Origin: Candidatus Bipolaricaulota bacterium
GTDB lineage: Bacteria; Patescibacteriota; Patescibacteriia; UBA11705; DATKZF01
NCBI GenBank assembly: GCA_035528115.1
Contig: DATKZF010000003.1
Location: 551,089-615,088 of the forward strand
DNA length: 64,000 bases
Reading direction: 5' to 3'
The first letter of the stretch is position 1. Each line of letters begins with the position of its first letter. This document shows positions 56,428-64,000 of this stretch, piece by piece. The position numbers and the translations under genes were made by a program. The notes below the pieces were generated by a model. It was not told the DNA's origin. It did not search any database and saw only the letters and a list, made by a program, of their open reading frames with translations.

Positions 56428-57438
56428 ATGGAAAAAAGTTGGTCGGCCAAAATTGAAGAATTGAAAGAAGTTTTGAAAGCCGATGAGTTGGCGATTGGAA
56501 AAAAACAGCTGGAGGAGCAAATGTCTTCTCCGGCGTTTTGGATTGATCGGGAAAAAGCGGCGCAGGTTTCCAAGAAAGCCAGCTTTATTACAGAGACTTT
56601 GGATAAAATAGCTGAATTGGAAAAATTGGCCGAGAGTTCGGCGAATACCGGCCGAATTGAAGAATTATATGAAGAACTTCGTTTGCAAGCTTTGTTCTCC
56701 GGCAAATATGATCGAAACAACGCATTGCTGAGCATTTACGCGGGCGCCGGCGGCACTGACGCGCAAGACTGGGCGGAAATGCTGCTTCGCATGTATTTGC
56801 GCTACGCGGAATCGAAAAATTGGAAAACCGAAATTATTGAAATTTCTCCCGGTCAAGAAGCGGGCATAAAATACGCCACGATTTTGATCGAAGGTCCGCT
56901 GGCTTACGGTCATTTGAAAGCCGAGCGAGGCGTGCATCGCCTGGTGAGAATCTCTCCGTTTGACGCGGAAAAAATGCGTCACACCTCTTTTGCCATGGCG
57001 CAAGTGATGCCGGAGTTGGAAGACGACGCTGACATTGATATTGATGAAAAGGATTTGAGAATCGATACTTTTAAATCCGGCGGCCATGGCGGACAAGGTG
57101 TCAATACCACGGATTCGGCCGTTCGCATCACTCATTTGCCGACCGGCATTGTGGCCGCTTGTCAAAATGAAAGATCTCAAGCGCAAAACAAAGAAACCGC
57201 GTTTAAAATTTTGAAATCCAAATTGAAACGATATTTCGAAGCGGAAAAAGAAGACGAGAAAAAAGAAATCAGAGGAGAATTCACGGACGCTTCTTGGGGA
57301 AATCAGATCCGCTCTTATGTTTTGCATCCGTATCATCAGGTAAAAGATCATCGCACCGGTTTTACCGTGGAAGACACGGATAAAGTGCTTGATGGGGATT
57401 TGGATGGGTTTATTTTTGAAGAATTGAAGGACATGTAG
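56428..57438 (+). CDS. prfB: Peptide chain release factor 2
   Basis: SPF tripeptide (RISPFD), GGQ, WGNQIRSYV. Confidence 0.95.
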   Translation: MEKSWSAKIEELKEVLKADELAIGKKQLEEQMSSPAFWIDREKAAQVSKKASFITETLDKIAELEKLAESSANTGRIEELYEELRLQALFSGKYDRNNALLSIYAGAGGTDAQDWAEMLLRMYLRYAESKNWKTEIIEISPGQEAGIKYATILIEGPLAYGHLKAERGVHRLVRISPFDAEKMRHTSFAMAQVMPELEDDADIDIDEKDLRIDTFKSGGHGGQGVNTTDSAVRITHLPTGIVAACQNERSQAQNKETAFKILKSKLKRYFEAEKEDEKKEIRGEFTDASWGNQIRSYVLHPYHQVKDHRTGFTVEDTDKVLDGDLDGFIFEELKDM

Positions 57439-57441
57439 CAT

Positions 57442-57657
57442 TGTTACGAATTACAATCATCTAGTGGGCCGATTAATATATGTTACAAATTACATTCATC
57501 CATGGCTTTATGTTTGAGAATCTTGTAATATGTAACAAATAACATAGAAGCTAAATAGAATCTTGTAATTCGTAACAAATAACCTAAAAGCCAAACAGTC
57601 GATTGTAATTCGTAACAGATAACCTAGAAGCTAAATAGAATTTTGTAATTCGTAACA
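57442..57657. repeat. Bipolar 40-bp array, copy 4 (2 forward + 4 reverse cores)
   Basis: Reverse cores end at 57536, 57576, 57616, 57656. Confidence 0.9.
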
Positions 57658-57659
57658 AT

Positions 57660-57818
57660 ATGAATAATATTGAAAAAATAGTCGTCATCTCCATCTTAAC
57701 CGTTTCCGCCGCCGCGATCGGCGCCAGCGTTTATTTTTGGCGGGACTCGAGAATAGCCGAATCCAATGCTCGGCAAGAGCGATCAACGATGTTGGAAAGC
57801 TTGTCGAATGAGGAGTGA
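57660..57818 (+). CDS. 52-aa single-TM small protein or gene remnant (not in the ORF track)
   Basis: MNNIEKIVVISILTVSAAAIGASVYFWRDSRIAESNARQERSTMLESLSNEE. Confidence 0.5.
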   Translation: MNNIEKIVVISILTVSAAAIGASVYFWRDSRIAESNARQERSTMLESLSNEE

Positions 57819-57869
57819 TATTATGAAGCCGGGATTGAGGTTGAGGTGTAGAAGATGGAAATTATTTTT

Positions 57870-58063
57870 GTCATTTCGACCGACGACGATAGGAGGAGCG
57901 GAGAAATCTGCTTAAAAGGAGATAGCAGATCTCTCCACTTCGTCATCCTTCGCTAACGCTTCGGACGACTTCCTGCCTGCCGGTCTTCGACTCCCGTTCG
58001 GCCACGAGCTCACGGCCGAGTGGCGAGCTCAGACTCGAGGAGCAGGCAGGCGGTCGAGATGAC
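57870..58063. mobile_element. Inverted REP pair (REPIN-like) with nested 79-bp CCTGCCTGC element (57972-58050)
   Basis: GTCATTTCGACCG...GGAGAAATCT then AGATCTCTCC...CGGTCGAGATGAC. Confidence 0.8.
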
Positions 58064-58104
58064 AACTTCTTTTTACTAATTACCATTTACTGATTTCTGT
58101 TTAC

Positions 58105-59628
58105 ATGCAAATAAACGAAAAATCCATAAAATTATTTTTAGCGTCACTGGTGATTTTCGCCCTGGCTCTTGAAGCCGGGCTGTTTTCGTTTTCCGCGGGC
58201 GCGACCCGGCCTTTGCCGGAGATTCGGTTCGTTGATTCTTGGTTTAACGGCGCTTTGATAAAGCTCTCCAGCCATGACGTTTTGGCGCAAAGTTTTTATT
58301 TGCGGGAAAGCTCCGAGATTTTGGATGAAGTAAGCGACTTCGCTGAAAACAACGCCGAAGCCAGCGCGATTTTTGTCGGCGACATCATGTTGTCTCGAAC
58401 GGTCAATGACAAAATGAAAGCTTACGATAATTATTTTTATCCTTTTGAAAAATTGAGTGGATTTTTGAATGAAGCGGATATCACTTTCGGCAATTTGGAA
58501 TCGCCGATTTATTCGGGCAAATACGTGCCGCAAGGAAGTTTCAGCTTTGACGCGGATCCGAAAGTCGCCGAAAGTTTGGAAAATGCCGGCTTTGACGTGT
58601 TGTCCTTGGCCAACAATCACGCGGCCAACGCGGGCGACGCGGGTTTTAAAAAAACATTTGAAGTGTTAAATCAAAACAATATCAAATATGTCGGCGCCGG
58701 AGAAAATCTAGAGGCCGTGGACAATCAGGGCGCGGTGTTTGAAGTCAATGGCATTAGAATCGTTTTTTTGGCGTACGCTTACGGTTCATCGACCGCGAGT
58801 TCGACGCGTCCGGGCGCGGCTCCCATGAATATCGAGCAGATGAAAAAAGACGTGGTTCGTTTGAAAAAAGATGTTGATCAGGTTTTCGTTTCCATGCATG
58901 CCGGCGTCGAATACACGGAAAAAATATCGAACGAGCAGCGAAGTTTCGCGCAGGCCGCCATTGACGCGGGCGCGACCTTGGTTGTCGGCCATCATCCGCA
59001 CGTTGTTCAAAAAATAGAAAAATACAAAGACGGCTATATCATGTTCAGTCTGGGTAATTTCATTTTCGATCAAATGTGGTCGGCCGATACGACTCGCGGT
59101 TTGGCCGTTAAAGCGTATTTTAACAAAAATAAAATTTCCCGCTTGGAATATTATCCGTTAAAAATTTACGATTTCGCGCAGCCGCAAGCGGCGCCGGATA
59201 TTGATCGAGACAATGTTTTGGCCAGAATGGCTTTTGATTTCGATGAGTCCGTTTGGCTGAGCGTCGAGGGAGATGAAATAAAAATAAAGCCAACCGCACT
59301 CAGCGTTTTTGAAGAAAAAAATGAAAATTTGCTTTCGGCGGATATCAATCAAAACGGCGCGACAGAATATTTTTATTTGAAAAACAACAAAGCCTATATT
59401 GTCGAAGACAACGCTTTGAGCTGGCAAAGCTTCGCGGATTGGCGAGTTAACAAAATATTTTTGGCCGACTCAAACAATGACGGTCAAACCGATTTTAATT
59501 TGTTAATCGATGACGAGAGTGGTTCTCGTTGGCTGATTTACGGCTGGCGAGAGGGGAGCTGGCAGCCGTATTGGAATTCCGGACCGCTGGAAAAAGGGCT
59601 TTCGGACTTATTGGCCAGGTCGGCCTGA
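58105..59628 (+). CDS. CapA-family (poly-gamma-glutamate synthesis-like) metallophosphatase
   Basis: FVGDIML, GNLESP, LANNH, MHAG.E, VGHHPHV, SLGNFIFDQ. Confidence 0.9.
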   Translation: MQINEKSIKLFLASLVIFALALEAGLFSFSAGATRPLPEIRFVDSWFNGALIKLSSHDVLAQSFYLRESSEILDEVSDFAENNAEASAIFVGDIMLSRTVNDKMKAYDNYFYPFEKLSGFLNEADITFGNLESPIYSGKYVPQGSFSFDADPKVAESLENAGFDVLSLANNHAANAGDAGFKKTFEVLNQNNIKYVGAGENLEAVDNQGAVFEVNGIRIVFLAYAYGSSTASSTRPGAAPMNIEQMKKDVVRLKKDVDQVFVSMHAGVEYTEKISNEQRSFAQAAIDAGATLVVGHHPHVVQKIEKYKDGYIMFSLGNFIFDQMWSADTTRGLAVKAYFNKNKISRLEYYPLKIYDFAQPQAAPDIDRDNVLARMAFDFDESVWLSVEGDEIKIKPTALSVFEEKNENLLSADINQNGATEYFYLKNNKAYIVEDNALSWQSFADWRVNKIFLADSNNDGQTDFNLLIDDESGSRWLIYGWREGSWQPYWNSGPLEKGLSDLLARSA

Positions 59629-59642
59629 TTAAATTTAATTTT

Positions 59643-60485
59643 ATGAAAAACAAAGTACTGACGCTATTATCGAAGTATCATCTTTCTCCAAAAAAGTTTT
59701 TGGGACAGAATTTTTTAATTGATGATCAAGTTTTGGCGAAAATAATTTCCGCGGCGAAAATCACTACTCAGGACAATATTTTCGAAGTCGGCCCGGGCTT
59801 GGGCTTTTTAACTCGTGAATTATTGAAAAAAGCCAAAAGAGTGGTGGCCGTGGAGATCGACCCAAGTCTTTTTTTCCTTTTGAAAAAAGAATTTTTCGGC
59901 CAAAAGAAGCTGGAGCTGATCAAAGAAGATGTTTTGAAATTCGATTATCATAGGTTGAAAAATAATTTTAGCGGCGAAAGCTATAAAGTCGTGGCCAATT
60001 TGCCGTATCAAATCACTTCCCATTTTTTAAGAAATTATTTGACCGCTGATTTTCCGCCGGAGGAAATGATTCTGATGGTTCAGCTGGAAGTGGCCAAAAG
60101 AATCTGCGCCAAAGTCGGCGATCACAGTTTATTGTCCATTTCCGCGCAATTTTACAGCCGGCCGGAAATAATCGAGATGGTGCCTCCGTTCGCTTTTTTC
60201 CCCAAACCCAAAGTCTCGAGCGCCATTATCAAATTCGCCGAGATAGGCAAAGATAAGCCGAAAGTCGATGAGAAAATGTTTTTCAGAATGGTTCGAGTGG
60301 GCTTTTCTTCGAAGAGAAAACAGCTGCGCAATAATTTTGTTAGCGGATTTCAAGCGGAAAAAACGTTAATCGCTCAAATAATCGAAAAAGTCGGTCAAAA
60401 GCCGGAGGCAAGGGCGCAAGAATTGGAAATGGGCGATTGGGTGGCCTTGTATAAAGAATTGATTAAGGCGAAGCTGTTAAAATAG
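59643..60485 (+). CDS. rsmA: 16S rRNA m6,2A dimethyltransferase
   Basis: LGQNFL, EVGPGLG, VANLPYQI, F.PKPKVSS. Confidence 0.95.
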   Translation: MKNKVLTLLSKYHLSPKKFLGQNFLIDDQVLAKIISAAKITTQDNIFEVGPGLGFLTRELLKKAKRVVAVEIDPSLFFLLKKEFFGQKKLELIKEDVLKFDYHRLKNNFSGESYKVVANLPYQITSHFLRNYLTADFPPEEMILMVQLEVAKRICAKVGDHSLLSISAQFYSRPEIIEMVPPFAFFPKPKVSSAIIKFAEIGKDKPKVDEKMFFRMVRVGFSSKRKQLRNNFVSGFQAEKTLIAQIIEKVGQKPEARAQELEMGDWVALYKELIKAKLLK

Positions 60486-60564
60486 GCTATGGGGAGCAAT
60501 GTCATTGTCAGTTAGGAAAAGATCTCTCCACTGCGCTACGCTCCGGTCGAGATGACAACTTTTT

Positions 60565-61067
60565 TTAGGCTAAGGCAAGCTAATTTGTAACTATTTGTAA
60601 TAAAATCGAAAAGGCCAAAACCAAGGATAGCTTAATAGCGGCAGTCATTTGTAACATCAGTTTTTATCGCCAAGCCAAGCTATTTGGAAGCCCATATTTG
60701 TAACAAAACAAACAAGGCCTAAACCTAGCTTGTCCTCATAGCAGCAGTTATTCGTAACGTCAGTTTTTATCGCCAAGCTAAGCTATTTTGAAGCCCATAT
60801 TTGTAACAAAACAGACAAGGCCTAAACCTAGCTCGTCCTCATAGCAGCAGTTATTCGTAACGTCAGTTTTTATCGCCAAGCTAAGCTATTTTGAAGCCCA
60901 TATTTGTAACAAAACAAACAAGGCCTAAACCTAGCTTGTCCTAATAGCGGCAGTCATTTGTAACATCAGTTTTTATCGCCAAGCTAAGCTATTTTGAAGC
61001 CCATATTTGTAACAAAACAGACAAGGCCAAAACCTAGCTTGTCCTTATAGCCGTAGTTATTTGTAAC
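60565..61067. repeat. 103-bp tandem array of alternating 49 and 54-bp subunits, each ending in ATT(T/C)GTAAC
   Basis: CAGTTTTTATCGCCAAG at 60658, 60761, 60864, 60967. Confidence 0.93.
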
Positions 61068-61176
61068 GTAGTGGATAAGTCCGCTATTTTTTGTTTAGAT
61101 CAGACGATATTTTATGTTATAATAAAGATAATCCGAATGACCCGAATTCTCTGTTCGGAGGATTTGGATTATATTT

Positions 61177-61962
61177 ATGGATTTGAACTATCGGGAATTT
61201 GAAAATCCTTCGGAAAATATTGAAATTCCGGCGGAAGAATCTCATCGATTGGACAAGCAACAAAAAATATCGATCGCGGCCATTTCGCTGATCGGTGTTG
61301 GCGTGCTGGTTTTCGGTTTTTGGAGATTCAACGGCTCGATCGGCGTGCCTTTTCCGAAACTGGGCAATGAAAGCAACGCTCAGGTCGCGGCCACCGAAGG
61401 CTTGCGAGACGACACGCTCAAGAATTTGGATACCGACAATGACGGTTTAAACGATTATGACGAAAGTTACGTATATTTGACCAGTCCGTATTTGGAAGAT
61501 TCGGACAGCGACGGATACAGTGATCAAGCGGAAATACAAAACGGGTATGATCCCAATTGTCCGGCCGGCGAAAATTGTTTCAGCGACCTTGCGGGCGAAA
61601 GCGAACAGCAAACAGGGGAACCGGTAGCCGTTCAAAATACTCAGATTCCGGAAATAGACCCCATCGCTTTGCGCGCCCAACTTTTGTCTTTGGGGGTTAT
61701 AGATGAAGCGACTTTGAACGGCATTGACGATGAAACTTTGATTCAAGTTTACAAAGAACTCGGCGTAACCGAAGGGACGACCGGCAATATATTTGACGCT
61801 GCCGAAGCTGAACTTTCAAATCCCGCGGCCGTATCGATTGAAGAGATTAAAGAAATGTTGCGAGAAGGCGGGCTGGAAGAAGATATTATCAATTCAGTGG
61901 ATGACTCCACTTTGATGGATTTGTACAATGAGGCTTTGAAGGCGGTTGAAGAAGGACAGTAA
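61177..61962 (+). CDS. Membrane-anchored acidic protein with TSP3-like repeats
   Basis: TM, DTDNDGLNDYDE, DSDSDGYSDQAE; duplicated IDDETL/VDDSTL helix. Confidence 0.75.
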   Translation: MDLNYREFENPSENIEIPAEESHRLDKQQKISIAAISLIGVGVLVFGFWRFNGSIGVPFPKLGNESNAQVAATEGLRDDTLKNLDTDNDGLNDYDESYVYLTSPYLEDSDSDGYSDQAEIQNGYDPNCPAGENCFSDLAGESEQQTGEPVAVQNTQIPEIDPIALRAQLLSLGVIDEATLNGIDDETLIQVYKELGVTEGTTGNIFDAAEAELSNPAAVSIEEIKEMLREGGLEEDIINSVDDSTLMDLYNEALKAVEEGQ

Positions 61963-62301
61963 TGTTACGAAGTACAAGATTCTAAGGCATATAGCTATAA
62001 TAGATGAATGTAATTCCTGCCTGCTCCTCGAGTCTGAGCTCGCCACTCGGCCGTGAGCTCGTGGCCGAACGTGAGTCGAAGACCGGCAGGCAGGCGTAAC
62101 AGATAACCTGAAAGCCAAATAGTCGATTGTAATACGTAACAAATAACCTGAAAGTTTAATAGTCGATTGTAATACGTAACAGATAACCTGAAAGCTTAAT
62201 AGTCGATTGTAATACGTAACAGATAACCTGAAAGTTTAATAGTCGATTGTAATACGTAACAAATAACCTGAAAGCTTAATAGAATATTGTAATTCGTAAC
62301 A
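61963..62301. repeat. Bipolar 40-bp array, copy 5 (1 forward + 6 reverse cores; one core split by the 79-bp element at 62016-62094)
   Basis: Reverse cores end at 62100, 62140, 62180, 62220, 62260, 62300. Confidence 0.92.
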
Positions 62302-62323
62302 TTCCAAGTCCCGGTAAATTTCT

Positions 62324-64000
62324 ATGGATTCTTTGAGAAAAAAAACAAAAATTTTGATTTTGAGCGCGATAATGATTTTTATATTTTCCCAAATAGGTTT
62401 TTGGGGTATTTTTGTAAAAGAGGGCAGAACGCAAGGCGTGGTTTCGGTTCCGGCCGTGGAAGCGGGGCTTGGCACCAGAATCGCGCAGGCGATTGATGAG
62501 AAAGTCACGGCTTTGACCAATGTCAACGTGGAAAAAGTCTTGGATAGATTATTCAAATCATTGGTGCGCACCGCGTCAGTGCAGTTGAAAAACACTTTGG
62601 TGCAAATCGCGCAGAACGCGGCCAATAACGCGGTTGATTATTTGGCCACGGGCAATTGGGGCCAGCGTCCCATGTTCGAGCAGAGAACTTTCGCGAAATA
62701 CAAAGACGACGTGGTTAGTTCCGTCATCAATGAAACGCTTGATTCTTTGTCGGGTGAACTTTGGAAAAATTTGAATTTCGATATTTGCGATCCCGATTTC
62801 GAGGTGAAGATGCTGATTCAAAAAGACATAGCCAATCAAAAATGCAAACCCGGCCAAAAATGTCCGGGCAAGACCGGCCCGCGTTGCAATTATAAAGCCA
62901 TTTCCGGCAATTGGGACGATTTCATTTCCCAGGTTCAAAACACCGCCGGCGACGCGCTCGACGCGACTTACGCCGCTTTGGGAGCGGTATCTTTGAATTA
63001 CAATCCGGGAGAAAACGATTTCGGAGCGTTCATGAAAATAAGAGATGATGTTTTAAGCGCGGCGGCCGACGAGTACGCGGCGCAAAAAGATGACAGAATG
63101 ATCACCACGGAAATCGAGTCGCCGAAGTCATTGGTTGACCGCGTGGTATTGACGCCGAAGAGCACTTTGCAAAAAACGACCGAAGGCAGTTTGGAAAAAG
63201 CGCAGGCAGCGCAAACGGACGAATTGAAAGCGGCCGGCGATGTGATTACCGAAATTCCGGAAGCGGTTTTATCCGTGTTTATTTCCAAGTCATTCGCCAA
63301 GAGAATGGCGACGGCTTTATTTAAGCGCGTCTTGACCGGTTTGGTGAAAAAATCGGAAAGCTATAATCCCCAGCAGCAAGTTTACGAATATCAAAAATCT
63401 TCGGAAAAAGTTTCCAAAGAAGTTTTGTCCGTCGGCGTCGATTTTTCTTATGAACCGCGAGATATCAGCACGGTCGATCAATTCGTGAATTGTCCGCAGG
63501 AAAGCACTCCGGGCATTCCGAGGGGAGTCAGCGATTGCGTGATGGATCTGAATTTCGCCGAAGCGGTCAAGAGAGCGGACACGGACACGCCGCTCACGGT
63601 GGCGGAAGCCGTTGAGCAGGGATTGCTTAAAGGCAGCAAACCTTTTTACGGACCCGGCGATGAAGAAAACACCAATGTCAGTTGTTACAAAGAAGGTTAT
63701 TGCTACAATAATTTGAAAAAATTGCGCGCGGCTCGCATTTTGCCGATCGGCTGGGAAATCGCGGCGGAAAAAACAGCCGATTACGGCAATCAAACTCTTA
63801 ACGAGCTGATGGCCGCGTTCGACGAGCCGAACTCGCCTTGGTATCGATTGGTCGACCCGAATTGGGTTTTGAAAGAGCCTTTGACTCAATGCCGCGCCGA
63901 GGTCAGCGGACCGGATTTGATCGGCAGCGGCACATCCACTCGTTCGGACGTGTGCGCGGATTATCGCACTTGCGTTGACGAGACGCCGGGCGGAGAATGT
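62324..64000 (+). CDS. Large secreted/surface protein, 5' part (runs off the window; not in the ORF track)
   Basis: MDSLRKKTKILILSAIMIFIFSQIGFWGIF signal/TM; frame appears open to the end with scattered Cys. Confidence 0.75.
   Translation, partial: MDSLRKKTKILILSAIMIFIFSQIGFWGIFVKEGRTQGVVSVPAVEAGLGTRIAQAIDEKVTALTNVNVEKVLDRLFKSLVRTASVQLKNTLVQIAQNAANNAVDYLATGNWGQRPMFEQRTFAKYKDDVVSSVINETLDSLSGELWKNLNFDICDPDFEVKMLIQKDIANQKCKPGQKCPGKTGPRCNYKAISGNWDDFISQVQNTAGDALDATYAALGAVSLNYNPGENDFGAFMKIRDDVLSAAADEYAAQKDDRMITTEIESPKSLVDRVVLTPKSTLQKTTEGSLEKAQAAQTDELKAAGDVITEIPEAVLSVFISKSFAKRMATALFKRVLTGLVKKSESYNPQQQVYEYQKSSEKVSKEVLSVGVDFSYEPRDISTVDQFVNCPQESTPGIPRGVSDCVMDLNFAEAVKRADTDTPLTVAEAVEQGLLKGSKPFYGPGDEENTNVSCYKEGYCYNNLKKLRAARILPIGWEIAAEKTADYGNQTLNELMAAFDEPNSPWYRLVDPNWVLKEPLTQCRAEVSGPDLIGSGTSTRSDVCADYRTCVDETPGGEC

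Noticed and set aside
56428-56500. Programmed +1 frameshift in prfB
   Set aside because: The ORF is continuous from its ATG and has no CTT-TGA slippery site.
1-64000. Alternative genetic code (TGA=Gly), prophage, DGR or retron
   Set aside because: Conserved genes end properly at TGA, and no reverse transcriptase, integrase or phage structural genes were recognised.

Overview
Bacterial chromosomal DNA read with the standard code (TGA is a stop). Gene content and style point to a Patescibacteria/CPR (Parcubacteria-like) genome: VirB2/TrbC-type pilins, giant Cys-rich surface proteins, a split PEP synthase, an archaeal-type AspRS and mostly AT-rich leaders without a Shine-Dalgarno sequence. This taxonomic call is an inference. 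The backbone is housekeeping: asnS, aspS, scpAB, parAB, three tRNAs, two RelA/SpoT homologues, topA, folC, dprA, der+pth, lepB, hisS, rpsU, ybeY, ftsAZ, nrdDG, htrA, prfB, rsmA. The most unusual signals are intergenic. (1) Five bipolar arrays of a 14-bp core (GTTACGAATTACAA) at 40-bp period, whose central segment occurs in both orientations relative to the arms. (2) A related family of TTAC(G/A)AAT-anchored arrays with 96, 103 and 136-bp periods. (3) Several families of tiny palindromic elements nested inside one another without target duplication. (4) A GIY-YIG gene sitting between a 5'-half duplicate of tRNA-Leu and the intact tRNA. (5) Two GC-rich, SD-led gene cassettes with near-identical promoters. 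(6) Two orphan promoter-to-terminator mini-transcripts. Coding oddities include a class III RNR whose glycyl-radical motif is on a separate 47-aa ORF, an in-frame Der-Pth fusion, and a 2359-aa protein with a different pilin-like module at each end. All protein calls come from recognising motifs by eye; no database searches were run.
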